Shown piece after piece: positions 13,092-24,900 of a DNA stretch of 64,000 nucleotides. Source of the DNA: Puccinia triticina (lineage: Eukaryota); assembly GCA_026914245.1 (NCBI GenBank), contig CP110439.1:1054001-1118000 (forward strand). The letters run 5' to 3'. Each line of letters starts with the position of its first letter. The stretch's first letter is position 1. Under the pieces are notes generated by a model. It was given only the letters and a program-made list of their open reading frames with translations. It was not told the DNA's origin and did not search any database. The translations under genes were made by a program, and so were the position numbers.

Positions 13092-13228
13092 TGGGGGGTG
13101 GGGGGTATGGAAACCACAGAGAGATACAGGTCCTGTATCTCTCTGTGGCTTTGTTTGGGTGTGGCTTTTTCTGAGCCTGAGGGTCGGATTTTCAGACCCC
13201 CCAAACGCAAGCTTTTTCGTATCTGCTG
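12898..13228 (-). repeat. Right TIR of the Tc1-like element
   Basis: Reverse complement of 7938-8266. Confidence 0.93.
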
Positions 13229-14836
13229 TACATTCATGGGCTTCCCATAGAAAACTTTTCAATTTCAACACCCGTTACCCAATTGAATCAACCTGAAAAA
13301 TGGTTGCACCCCATCCACCCCACAAACCCACATCACAACTCATTGTCCCTAGTTGTTAAGATCACCACATCCTCTACAGAACTTGGCCCCATAGAAACTG
13401 TAAGAGTCAAAGCTCTTCACTGGGCTAGGCGCTGGCACTCAGAGGAGACAAGAGTCTCAAGGGGTTCTGATGCCAACATTGGGGTCTTTATTGCATCTAG
13501 CTCAGGGAGACAAGTCAGTTGGGGCCGGGTGTCTGCTGTGTACAACTGAGGAGAGGAAAAGAAGAAAGATAGAGAAAAGGAACATACCTAGCTCAGGGAG
13601 ACAAGTCAGTTGGGGCCGGGTGTCTGCTGAGCTAGGAGAGGGAGAAAGGACAAGCTATGTAGACCAAATTGAGTCTTGTGAAAGGTGTTGTGAAACCCGC
13701 GAGGCGGGGGTTTTACAGTCTCCCCTCCTATAAAAGAAAAGAAGTATAACTAGTAGACTGAGTAAGTTGATAGGTACTTGAGGTTGCCAATGGTCTACTG
13801 GAGGAGTTTGTGGAGAAGCAGGTTAAAGAAGTCGATGTTGAGAATTTTTGGAGTGTAACAAGGAGAGAAGGGAGGAGGAAATAGAGTGAGAGGTTATGAG
13901 GGATGGAAATGGCAGGATTGTGGTAGGAGGATGGAAGAAATGGAAGGGTGGGAGAAAATCTTGATGTGTCGGCATGGTTCTCAATAGGGGAAACTTTTGT
14001 GGAATGAAGCAGTGTTGGGGGAAGTCAAAGTTTCTTCTTCTTATTTTTCTTTGAGGAGTTTGAAGTGCTGGTAGATGGGGCAGCTGGTAAATCAGCAACA
14101 CTAGAGGGGGACAGGTTCATCACAGCTTCTGCATCGCGCAATTTGTCTGCTTTGTATTCTGCAAGGAGTTTGAGGTATTTATCGATGTTGTTGTAGTAAT
14201 GCTGGGTCGAGGGGGAGAAGTCTGGGGCAAGTTGGGAGTCAAGCGGAATGTCTTCGTTGTTGAGGACTGTCATGGATCCTATTGCAACTGTCTCATAACA
14301 TTCAGGTTGGGCGGGTGGCAGCGCAGTGAGGTGGGTAAGGCAGTTGGGACGGGCAGGGCACCGTAAGCTGTAAAGTCTTTCTTGCTTGTCGTTAAACGCG
14401 TCAAGAGCTTCATTGTGGGCCTTGCGGTATTCTTCATCAACAGAGCAGGAGTCTGCTGGGGCCGTGATGGTTGGGATAGCCGGGGTGGATGGAGAGGAGA
14501 GGGTGCAACCGAGTGTGTGCCGGAGGTTGCAGGAGCTGACGGAGAATGGTGCAAGTTGTGCGGGGAGCAGGAGGGCGAGTGAGGTGGAGAGGCCAGCGCG
14601 GGGCGGGAGGACATAGTTAGGCTGGACGGGCAAGGTGGTTGGGCTTGTGCATGCCTGGGGGTAAATCTGGAAGCTGGGAGGATCTCTGGCGGTGAAGAAC
14701 CAGGGACTTCATTGAGGGGTTTGCGGGGCGCGGGGAGGCTGGGCTGGCCTTTCTTGATGGGGGCTGGGTTGGCAAGGGGATGGAGGGGAGGCGAGGGCGC
14801 GCGCGAGCTGATCGAGGCTCCTGCGCTCGCGAGGGG

Positions 14837-16021
14837 TCAAGAGGGCTGGCCGGTCGGCGGAGTGGGAGGTGTTGGTGCTTGTGAGGGAAGAGGTGGGGGT
14901 TGTGTGAGGGAAGAGGCGGGGGCTGGCTGCTGAGCTCGTCGGTGGTCCGGTGGGAGCTCGGGCTGCTCGAGGGTTGGGCCAGGGAGGAGAGGGTGCGGTA
15001 TCGGAGCGGGGCGATCGGCCGGATCGGTCGGCGGGGTGGTCTTGGTGGGCTCTACGCTGCGATTGGCGCCAGCGGGGTGCCCTGGTTGGGCAGCTGGCGC
15101 TTGGGATGTCGCGCAAGTGCCCGGGGGTGGTTTGAATGTGCAGGCGAGAATGGGCTTGGAGCTTCTGGCTGGAGGAGTTGGGCTGCGGCGAGTGTGGTGT
15201 AGCGGTGGAGGTGAGGCTGGGCTGGACGTGGGGTCCAAAGGGCTTGAGGAGCGGGCGGAGTTCGGCGGCGGCAAGGTGGCTGAGCTGGGTGGAAAGGCGG
15301 AGGTCGATGGGGAGGATGGCGAGGGCGTTGTGGTAGTCGAGTTGGGCGAGCCCGAGCCTGGGAAGATTGGTGCCGAGCGGCTTGTCCACGCTGCAGCGGC
15401 GTTCGACGGCCTGGGGGGAGGCGAAGAGGACGGGCTGGTCCGGCGGGGCTGGCCGTTCGCGAGGGGGGGTGGCGAGGGCCAGGACGCTGAGGAGGCCGGC
15501 GTGGAGGGTGCTGGCTGGGCCTCCGAGTGCGGGTGGATAAGCGTCAGGGTGGTGGCCCGTGGTCGAGGAGGAAGGGTTGGTTGGGGCTGCCACAATTCTG
15601 CCTGAGGGGAGCTTGAGGCAAGAGTTGTCACGGGGAGACTGGTATTATCGCTGGCAAAGGTGGTGGGGCATGCTGCAGGGGAAGGTGACTTCTCTCCCGG
15701 ACATCTTAGTCGTCCACATTGCCAGCCGGCTATCAAGGACCGCACTGTCTCCTCGGATACAATAGGCTCAAGCCCTCGACCGGTCGAGTATCGGAACCTA
15801 TCAACGTTAGGTGAGGCTGCTGGAGCGACTGGAACTTGGACGGGGTCTGCATTCAACAAAAGGAACTGTACCACGGCCTCCAGGTGTCGGATCCTCTCTT
15901 CGTGCCTGCGAGTTGCCTGGGTGGCGAGCATCGTACCGGCACGTGGATTGCTTGGCGGTCGTTCCGGCCGGATGTTCGAGCAAACAAAAGGACAAGGGGC
16001 CGATGAGTGATCAGTTGTCAA
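14837..16021 (-). CDS. Pro/Ser/Thr-rich ORF inside the LTR element (gag position; probably frameshifted into the 14709-15593 and 14025-14633 ORFs)
   Basis: 394-aa ORF in element sense with a short coiled-coil-like segment (RRHEERIRHLEAVVQFLLL). No recognisable domain. Confidence 0.4.
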   Translation of the reverse strand: MTTDHSSAPCPFVCSNIRPERPPSNPRAGTMLATQATRRHEERIRHLEAVVQFLLLNADPVQVPVAPAASPNVDRFRYSTGRGLEPIVSEETVRSLIAGWQCGRLRCPGEKSPSPAACPTTFASDNTSLPVTTLASSSPQAELWQPQPTLPPRPRATTLTLIHPHSEAQPAPSTPASSASWPSPPPLANGQPRRTSPSSSPPPRPSNAAAAWTSRSAPIFPGSGSPNSTTTTPSPSSPSTSAFPPSSATLPPPNSARSSSPLDPTSSPASPPPLHHTRRSPTPPARSSKPILACTFKPPPGTCATSQAPAAQPGHPAGANRSVEPTKTTPPTDPADRPAPIPHPLLPGPTLEQPELPPDHRRAQQPAPASSLTQPPPLPSQAPTPPTPPTGQPS

Positions 16022-16338
16022 TCCCCCAGTTGTTCTGTCAAAGAAAAAGGAGGTGTTGGGGCAAAGGGTGGGAGGTTCGTATTCTAAGTTTGGAAGGTCG
16101 TGAGTTCAGGAAAAGGAGGTGAGGGCAGTTCGTGAGTTCGTGTAGTTCGTGTAGTCCACACAACGGAGTAGTCAAGATCCCGTCGTCAGTCGAGCGGGTC
16201 CGTTGCGATCAAGTTTGGAGTGAGTTGAGAAAAAAAAAATCCTTTGTCGGGATCAGAAAAAAAAAGTGTAAGAGTCAAAGCTCTTCACTGGGCTAGGCGC
16301 TGGCACTCAGAGGAGACAAGAGTCTCAAGGGGTTCTGA

Positions 16339-19180
16339 TAAGGATGGCTATAGGGCGGGCCGGCCAACGGGCCGCCCGAACCCGCGCGGGTTTGGGCCGG
16401 GTTCGGACACACATTTCAGATAATAATTTAAAATCGGCCCGGCCCGTCCGACCCGTTTAGCAAACGGGCGGCTCGCGGGCGGCCCGCGGGTGCCCGTGGG
16501 CCGCCCCCGGTCGGGGGACCGGTGTTCTCCGAAGCAGGACTGGCTGCCGCTGGCAGCTGCAGTGCCACCTCAGCCAACTACGAACTAGCCATCAACAGTC
16601 AACCGGTGACCAACTCACCCCCACGGGCCACAATGGCAAAGAGAAAGACACGCGCACACCCTGGTTCGTCCGAGGAAGAAGGCGAAACTGACGATATCCG
16701 CGTCGCCAAGAGATCGGAACCAGAAACTCCATTGACTACGCAGCAGGAGATCAATAGGCAGCCACCTAGAACTGAGGCTTCAGCCCCCCAGACACCAGCC
16801 CCCGCCGACAGTTTGAGTGAATCACAAGAAACCGCTGAAGGGAGCTTGTTCAAAAAGCGTAAACTCACCAGCAAGGTGAGGGACCATTTCAAGAAGATTG
16901 AAGAAGGTGGGCCGTCCTGTTCTTATCCCTCTTAGTTTCTATAAGTATAGATATAACTGACTCGGATCTTTTGAATTTTGATATTGCAATCATCAGGAGG
17001 TGTATCGAAGGCAATATGCAACTACTGCAACCTCAAACTCTCGGCTACATCATCGGCAGGAACGAACCATCTCCGACGACATTCTGATCGCTGTATCACA
17101 GACAGCGGGGCTCTCGTTCAACCCAGACAAGGACTTCTCGGTTTCACCAGCTCCTCCCAAACCACCAGCAACCGTGTTTGGATCTTCTCTCAAGAAAAAA
17201 CTCGAGAGAAATTTGCAAAAGCAATTATTGAGCATGAATACCCGTTCGCGATGGCCGATCATCCGGGATTCCGAGAGTTTATGGAGTCAGCCCAGCCCAA
17301 CTTCACCATGCCCCGACGAAAGGCAGTGCGGAGTGATTGTATGGCTATCTACAATCACATGAAGCAAGGCGAAATGGCAATGATGGCGAAAGCGAAGATG
17401 ATCTCCTTAACCACTGACATGTGGACAGCCTCCGATCTGACTGGCTACATGGTAATAACGGCCCACTACATCAACAAGTGGGAACTGAACAAGAAGATCA
17501 TCAGCTTCCGGCCCCTCCCGCCTCCGCACACTGGCCATGCGATCTCGGAGCGAATATGTCAAGTTCTCAACGATTGGAAGAGCTTGAACAAAGTCGCTTT
17601 CGTTACCCTTGACAATGCTGTCAACAACACGGCAGCTATGACCCGGCTACAGCGATTGATAAAGGATCGCTCGGTTGCTAGCTCAACTCCTACGACGTCG
17701 CCATACTTCCATGTCCGATGTATGGCGCATGTCATCAACCTAGTGGTCAAGGATGGTCTCAAGGTCGTAGGTCCCGCAGTCGAGTCACTCCGAAATAGTG
17801 TTCAGTACATACACGGATCTTTGTCTCGGATGGATGCCTTCAACAAGGCTCTTGTTTCTGTGAATCTAGCCGAAGACATGAAACACCCATCCAAGGATGT
17901 ACCGACCCAATGGAACGCGACCTTCTTAATGATTGAGTCATCAATGCCATGTAAGTTGGCCTTCCAGCAAATCGATCTTGAAGACTACAAATTTGAAACT
18001 TGCCCAAGCGAAGCACAATGGGAGGAACTTGGCGTCATCCAAGATTTCCTCAAGCCTTTCTACCAAGGCAAGCTTATTTGAATCTTACTGTGAGCATCCA
18101 TCAAACATCTACTGATATATTTTCTCTCAGCCACCCTTGTCTTAAGTGGAACACAGTATCCAACCATCAACCATGCCTACCGCGCAATGACCGCCATTCA
18201 GAAGCAACTAGCCCACTACGCCGAACCTCGCACCTGCCCTAGTGAAATAGAAACTCGCCTCCATGACATGGTCAAGCCAATGCTCGAGAAGTTTCACAAG
18301 TACTGGGATTCATCAAAGGAGCTTGCGGCGATCGGACTGATTCTAGACCCACGATATAAGATTCGTTATCTTCGCTACAGCCTCGAGCAGCAATCCCACC
18401 TCCCAACATCTGAGGTTGATTCTTTCACAGCAAAGGTTAGGTCTTCCATCCTATCGCTTTGGAACCAATATGTACCCCCTCAATCACCTGTTGCCGAACG
18501 ATCCACTCAACCCGCCTCAACGGCCAAGGTTAAAAAGATCGACAAAGATCTATCCGGGTTCAACGAATACATGGCCGGTACCATGTCTGGACATCAACTC
18601 AACGCGCCCGGAGCCGAATTGGATTTGTATCTAGAAGAACGGAACGTTGTCTGTGACCCCAATAGCGAGGACGATCAGTTCAATATTCTTGGCTGGTGGG
18701 AGGGAAATGCGGCTCGATTCCCTTCATTGTCCCAGTTTGCAAGAATAATGCTCATGATTCCCATGACATCTGTGGCATCAGAGTCGGCTTTCTCAACAAG
18801 TGGGCGTGTGCTGGACGATTATCGGATGCGGCTTAATGACGAAACGGTCGACGCATTGTTGTGCACTCAAGACTGGATCAAAGCAGCCAGGGCGAAGGAA
18901 TCATCTTAAATTTCTTTTTTATTTTCATATGTTGTAACCGGTGAAGGGTTGTAATGCAACCTGAGTCTGACTGGTGAAATAGCGGGCGGCCCGCAGGCTG
19001 CCCGTGGGCTGCCCGCAAATTGTAAGCCCGCGGGCTGCCCGCCACCGGCCCGTTTAGTAAACGGGTTTGGGCTGGGCTGCGTTCTTGGCTGCACTGGCCC
19101 GGCCCGGCCTGTCCGCTAACTTCACGGGCTAGCGCGGGCTGGCCCGCGGACGGCCCGAGCCCGCCCAATAGCCATCATTA
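16339..19180 (+). mobile_element. hAT DNA transposon, 2842 bp, 8-bp TSD GGTTCTGA
   Basis: TIRs TAAGGATGGCTATAGGGCGGGC and GCCCGCCCAATAGCCATCATTA. GGTTCTGA at 16331-16338 and 19181-19188. GC-rich GGCCCG subterminal repeats. Confidence 0.95.
16633..18909 (+). CDS. hAT transposase (BED zinc finger, DDE, C-terminal dimerisation domain); exons 16633-16906, 16997-18067, 18131-18909
   Basis: CNYC...HLRRH BED finger; TTDMW, TLDNA, RCMAH, ILDPRYK, WW...FPSLS, SESAFS motifs. GT-AG intron 16907-16996 and GC-AG intron 18068-18130 restore one frame. Confidence 0.92.
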
Positions 19181-21587
19181 GGTTCTGATGCCAACGTTGG
19201 GGTCTTTATTGCATCTAGCTCAGGGAGAAAAGTCAGTTGGGGCCGGGTGTCTGCTGTGTACAACTGAGGAGAGGAAAAGAAGAAAGATAGAGAAAAGGAA
19301 CATACCTAGCTCAGGGAGACAAGTCAGTTGGGGCCGGGTGTCTGCTGAGCTAGGAGAGGGAGAAAGGACAAGCTATGTAGACCAAATTGAGTCTTGTGAA
19401 AGGTGTTGTGAAACCCGCGAGGCGGGGGTTTTACAGAAACAAGTACTGAAAAAACAAACTACAAACACATGTAGGTAGATAACATCATATTCATAGTGTG
19501 CAATGGCAAGGGCAAAATTACACTTTAAAAAAAAAAAAAAAAAAGGGCTTCCCATGGCCCAGACAGATTCCTGCTGCCCTGGTCTCCCAAGGGCTTTTGG
19601 AGGCCCTGAGAGTTTGCAGTTGGCCGGCAAACATTACATGACCACATGGGCCATTTTGGCATTTCAGGAAGTATTGTTGAGATGAGGACAGGAGGATGAG
19701 GTGGAGGAGAGATGACCTAGAGAAAAAAAAACTCAAGGACCTCAGAGGGCAAACACAAAAGGGGCCATGGAAGGGCTGGGAGCTGCTAGCTTGCATGACA
19801 TAAAAGTGCTCACGCCACAAGGGGTTGTATCCTTTAGAGACCCCAGGAAACCATGCACAGGAGAACTGATGATGGATTTCTATATTCTATGTGGACTCTG
19901 GAAAGAGTTAAGCAATTACATCTGAGGACTGCAAGATGTGGGACTTTTGGTGAAATTGAATGTGCAACTGGAGGGAAAACAATGAGTGCTAGGCAAGGGA
20001 AAGGGAAAGAAAGAGAGTGAGAAGGAGTGAGACACATGGAATTCCAACAAGTCTAAAACCAAATAATTTGTTGGCTTGCAAGGCCTAAACAGTTTTTGGT
20101 GGACAACCAACAAAGTTCATTATATGTAGGCCAAAGTGTCTAATTTCCTGGGCGAAATAGTCATTGGAAATTTTTATGTGTGCCCACCATCAATATCTTG
20201 CAGTCTAAATTGTTTCTCAGGGCACACCCCAGGGAAAACTTGTGAAGTCCCTCTTCTGCGGGGGGCGGGCAGCCCTGGTCGCGGAGTAACCCCTCCAAAG
20301 GAGGGACTTGAGTCTAAAACCAACTTACAACAGTGTCACGGTCGGCCAGTTTTTGTGTAGCCAACTTTTGGATGGCTGCACCTCCTGTACATCCATCTCA
20401 CCATAGGTAAAAAGTTGAGTTGGAGATAGAGGAGAATGGTGCGGACCTCCTCATCCAATTTTCAAAGGAAAATATCAAAAATTGGACCAGCAGGAATTTT
20501 TGCAAGATCACAAAAATCTGAAAATCTGACTCTTCAAGATTGAACTGAAGTTGATTCTTGGCTTCTCAATCAGCATTCCTCCTTCATAAAATTCCTCCAA
20601 AATTTTTATATTTACCATCCTGGGATGACAGTCTTGTCCTCTATTGATTACATAAGGAATGGTTTGGTTTGAAGAAAAATAAACAAAGTCACGTTGGACT
20701 AAAATTGGCTTGTAAAAAATCCTACACATACAATTTTTGAAAAAATCAAAATTCTTCTTGATGGGGATGAAGACCCCCATCATGGGCACACCCTGCCCAA
20801 AATTATTATCCACTGGGTGGTTGTATGTATTTTACATGATTTTTACAAACAAAAAGGACCTCAGAAGCCCAACCATGACACACAAGCATGCACGTTTTAG
20901 ACACAAGCCTCTCCTGCACTTCATGCGGCTGACAGAGAGGCTGTACAAGCTTGAACCCAGGGGCTGTGGCTAGAAACATCTTGGATGATTAACATAAAGC
21001 AACCCAAAAATACGGTTTGTTGATTTTGAATTGCCAAACATCATCTGGAAGTTCTTGTCCAAACAAGCCTCTGGAATGTGCACAATCAGGGGGCAGCAAG
21101 AATCATGCACTACAAACATTTTGTACTTTTCCTGGGGCCTGCATGTATAGCAGTTCAAAGACATGGTATAGCAGTTCTCATAAAGTGGTAGCAAAGATTT
21201 GATCCTGAGGGGGAATTCAGTTGGATAATTATGGGTGTCCTGAGAACTACAGCTGTGGCATTTCATCACCCCAAAATGCATGCTCATAGCCAAAATAGCA
21301 GGCTTTCCAACAGTTTTTGCAGGTTTTCACTGTGTTACAACATCACAAAAAGTGAGAAAATATTTGATTCTGGGAGGGAATTCATTAGGAAACATATGGA
21401 AGCCCTTGGAACTACAGCTGTGAAATTGCCTCACACCAAAATGCATGCTTGCAGCCTAAATAGTGACAAACCCCCACAATAAGTTTGAACAATGTAGGAT
21501 TGGTCTCCCAGACCAATCTTATCTCAGTGGGGCCTACCAATCAATTTTTCCTTTGTTGTAATGTAGCAGTGGGGCCTGCCAATATAA

Positions 21588-21746
21588 GGCCCCGTTTGGC
21601 TGCCGTGTTATACATCATAAATGGTCAAATTTATGAGGCGCAACCCCCAGGGGTTTCAAATGTTTGGTGGCAACGGGGGCAAACTTTGGCTTGTGTGTCA
21701 TAAATTTGACCATTTATGACGTACAACGCGGCAGCCAAACGGGGCC
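21588..21746. mobile_element. Tourist-like (PIF/Harbinger) MITE, 159 bp
   Basis: TAA|GGCCCCGTTTGGCTGCC...GGCAGCCAAACGGGGCC|TAA with ~45-bp imperfect TIRs and a TAA TSD. Confidence 0.8.
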
Positions 21747-21845
21747 TAAGATCTGTCTCCCAGACCAATATTATATTGGCTGACCCCAGTCAACCTCACC
21801 ACAGGGGGTTGTAACCAATGCAACCCCTTTTAATGTAGTGAATCA

Positions 21846-24800
21846 AGTGATAGGTCTGGACTGGTCTGTTCCAGATGAAGTTTTTCAACAACAGGTATGT
21901 GAGAGTTGAGAGTGAGTTCAGTGATTATTTGCAAATATAAGGGTTGTGGTGTGTTGAGCTAGACCCTCTGGGAGTTTAGCGCCTTTCTCACCTGCTCCAT
22001 ACCTGTTACACAGGTTTCACACAGAGAGAACCTAACCTGAGGCAGCCGTACGTGGAAGGACCCTTTCTCATCCTTCCACAAACACGTACACTCACCCCTT
22101 GGGGTATCATGTTTCTGTCCTCAGGTAAAGTTCTTGTTCTCTTTCTTTCTCCTCCTTTCTTTCTTTTCTTTTCTTTCCTCTCTTTTCATCTTTCATCACA
22201 CTGAAAATGCAATGAAACATCCTTCCACAAACGTGTACACTCACCCCTTGGGGTATTTTGTTTCTGTCCTCAGATGTCTGTTTAGCTTATCATGGTGATG
22301 GTAAGTGTGAAAGTGGTATGTAAATAACTGGTGATTGTTGGAGAGCAGACTCGCGGAGAATGTGATAATTTCATCATAATGTGAGGAAAGAGAACTATAT
22401 ATGCTATGAACAATAGCTGTGACAGTTGTCACAGTCAATTTATCAGACAGTGTCACAACAGTGAGTACTGAGCTGGAGAGAAGACAACTGGGGGGAGGAG
22501 AGAGCTCCTGTTATGGACAAATGTGAGAGATTTTAGCCTCCTGGGTTAAGGTTTCAGCTAGTCTGGACAGAGGTATGAGGCATTAGAGCTGCTGGTAGTA
22601 GCAAAACTGCAACAGCTGTGCTTTGCTGACAAAAGCACCAAAATAGCAAAGTGCAGCAGCAGCCCGCTTTTCCTGGTGCCCAAAAGCAATAGTGTCAGTG
22701 GCCAGGCGCTGTTTTCAGTGTCAGCGCAGCAAAAAAAATGCTATGCAGATTTTGTTCCTCAGTTAGCAAAGAGTTTTTTTCCCGCTTTCACTGCAAGATA
22801 GCGCAGCAAAAGCGGTGCAGCGGCTGGAGGCACTTTTCTTTGCTTTTTGCTACAAAAGGCGTTTCTAACGCAGAGCACTGCGGCTCATGGGCCCACTAAG
22901 GGTAGCACAAGAAACACACCCGTTTTGTGTGCTATGGGGTCCAAATTTTAAGCTATAGCAACCACAAGATGGACAGCAGTGAAAAAATTGACCACTTTTC
23001 AGCACTCAGCGCTTATTCCAGCAATCTTCACCGCTTTTCAGGGCTCAGCGCTCTTGTCAGCAACATTGGCCGCTTTTCAGCGCGCAGCACAGCGGTTTTC
23101 CACTGCAGGCCACTGAAATCTTGTCTTTTTACCCCCTCAGGAGTCAGATCAATCAGCAAAAAGCGCAGCAGCTCACCTGCTGCTAAACTAAAAGCTTAGC
23201 AAAGCAGGTCAAAAAACACTGCGCTTCCCGCTGTGTGGTGTTGGCAAAAGGTATAAGTGATGTCATAATATGTCAGGGTACATGAATGATGTCAGAAGGC
23301 TGCAGTGGTGCTGCATGAAGATGGCATAAAATGAAAGTAGGCTGAATAAAGTGTCATACAGATGCAGTAAGTGTGTAAATGAGGTCTGAGGCTGCAGAGG
23401 CAGTGCAAAATGATGTCATTGTATGGAAATAAGGGAATAATTGATACTATTGAATGAAGGTAGACTGATGGGGAGATCTATGTCTGTATCCAGTGAGGTG
23501 TTCAAGTATAATGCTGAGATTCTTGACTTGAGGCTGATTACAGGCTGGTGAATGGGTGTGTCAAACATGTGATAGGCTTCAATGGGGTGCAAAGGGGCGT
23601 AACTTCCCATCCAGGAGGGCTTGAGTGACACCTCCAGTGGTGAATAGGGGTGAAATTGGCTGTAGAGTCCATTTCTGGGGTTCATTTGGTGGGATATTGA
23701 GGCCTAGGATGAGTAATTAAATGTATTAGAAAGAAATTTTGAATTTTCCACTTCTATGTATACCACAGCACTGGTGTAATTTAGTGACCAAGTGGCTACA
23801 TCTTCAAGATAACCATTTGGACCCATTAGAGGGTAACTGGCACCCCCGGTGTAAGATTAAAAAGTGGTAATGAAACCCTTTTGCTCAATTTTGAAGGGTA
23901 TGATGGAGTTGCAAGCTCTGCCCTTGTGTTATCAGTCAACAAGACCCACCAAGCTCAGCTTGGCAAGTTTTATTAAGTGATAGGTCTGGTCTGTTCCAGA
24001 TGAAATCTGTTTGACTGGCAACATGTAAGTGTGTTAATTAATCTGTTATAAGGGTTTAACTCCTTTATTATAAGGGTTGCTATAAGGTTTTTAGGATTTG
24101 AGTGTGGATGAGTGTTGGGTGACTTGTGAGTTCTGGGTTAGGAACTGGGGAGCAGGCCACTGGGGGTGGAGAGAACTCCTTTTATAGACAAAAGTGGAGC
24201 CCCAGAGGGCCTTGTGGGTTAGGGTTTCAGCTAATCTAGACAGCAGGGCAAGGGATTTTAGCTGGTGGGAGTAGATACAAATGATGTCATGACCCCTCAG
24301 GGGCGCATGAATGGTGTCAGAATATACAACAAAACATTCTAAACATGCCAGGGGTGTATACATGATGTCAGAATATACAACAGAACATTCTAAAGCATGC
24401 ATAAGGTGACAGTAGACTGCATGAGCTGTCATACAGGGGTAATTAGTGCATACACAAAGTCTGAGGCTGCAGAAACAGTGTAAATGATGCCATACTATGT
24501 ATATAAAGGAGTGTATGTAGTTAATATGTAATGAGTGTGCCTGAAAGGGAGATGTATGTTTGTATCCTGTGATGTGTATGAGTGTACTACTGTGAAACTT
24601 GAGCTGAGGCAGGTGACAGCTGGGTTGCTGGGGCTGGCCGTGTGATAGGTATTTGGTGGGGTCCAAAGAGGTGTAACTTACAATCCAGTGAGGTTGTAAT
24701 GACCATTCCAGTGGTGAATATGGGTGAAATTGGCCGCAGAATCCATTTCTGGGGTCCATTTAGTGGTATCTTGAGGCCTGGTGTGAGTAATTATGTCACC

Positions 24801-24900
24801 TAGAAAAAACTTTTTATTTTTCCACTTTTCTGTCTACCACACCTGGCGGATAACCACCGTATAGTTACCTGGTGGGACCCAATGACAGCTGTGAAGGGAA
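21846..24900. repeat. Two degenerate tandem copies of a ~1-kb repeat (from ~21846 and ~23975); copy 1 is interrupted by insertions at ~21945-22459 and ~22600-23250
   Basis: Shared blocks AAGTGATAGGTCTGG..CTGTTCCAGATGAA, CTGGGGG..GGAGAGA.CTCCT, GTCTGAGGCTGCAGA and CCAGTGGTGAATA.GGGTGAAATTGGC occur in both copies. Confidence 0.6.
21945..22459 (+). mobile_element. Degenerate solo-LTR-like repeat
   Basis: ~55-bp direct repeat (22068-22124 and 22218-22273) around CTCAG|GTAAAG plus a polypyrimidine tract; absent from the second tandem copy. Ends approximate. Confidence 0.4.

Larger units (their letters stand above)
7938..13228. mobile_element. Tc1/IS630-like DNA transposon, 5.3 kb, ~330-bp TIRs, TA target duplication, two convergent genes
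   Basis: TA|CAGCAGATACGAAAAAGCTTGCG... at 7938 and its reverse complement ending ...TATCTGCTG|TA at 13228. Near-identical TIRs at 7938-8266 and 12898-13228. DD34E transposase inside. Confidence 0.93.
13399..19435 (-). mobile_element. Non-autonomous LTR retroelement (319-bp LTRs, 5-bp TSD GAAAC) with a hAT inserted in its 5' LTR
   Basis: LTRs TGTAAGAGTC...GGGGGTTTTACA at 13399-13717 and at 16267-16338 plus 19189-19435. GAAAC at 13394-13398 and 19436-19440. Minus-strand PPT AGGAGGGGAGAC abuts 13717. No RT/RNaseH/integrase motifs in the 2.5-kb interior. Confidence 0.9.
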
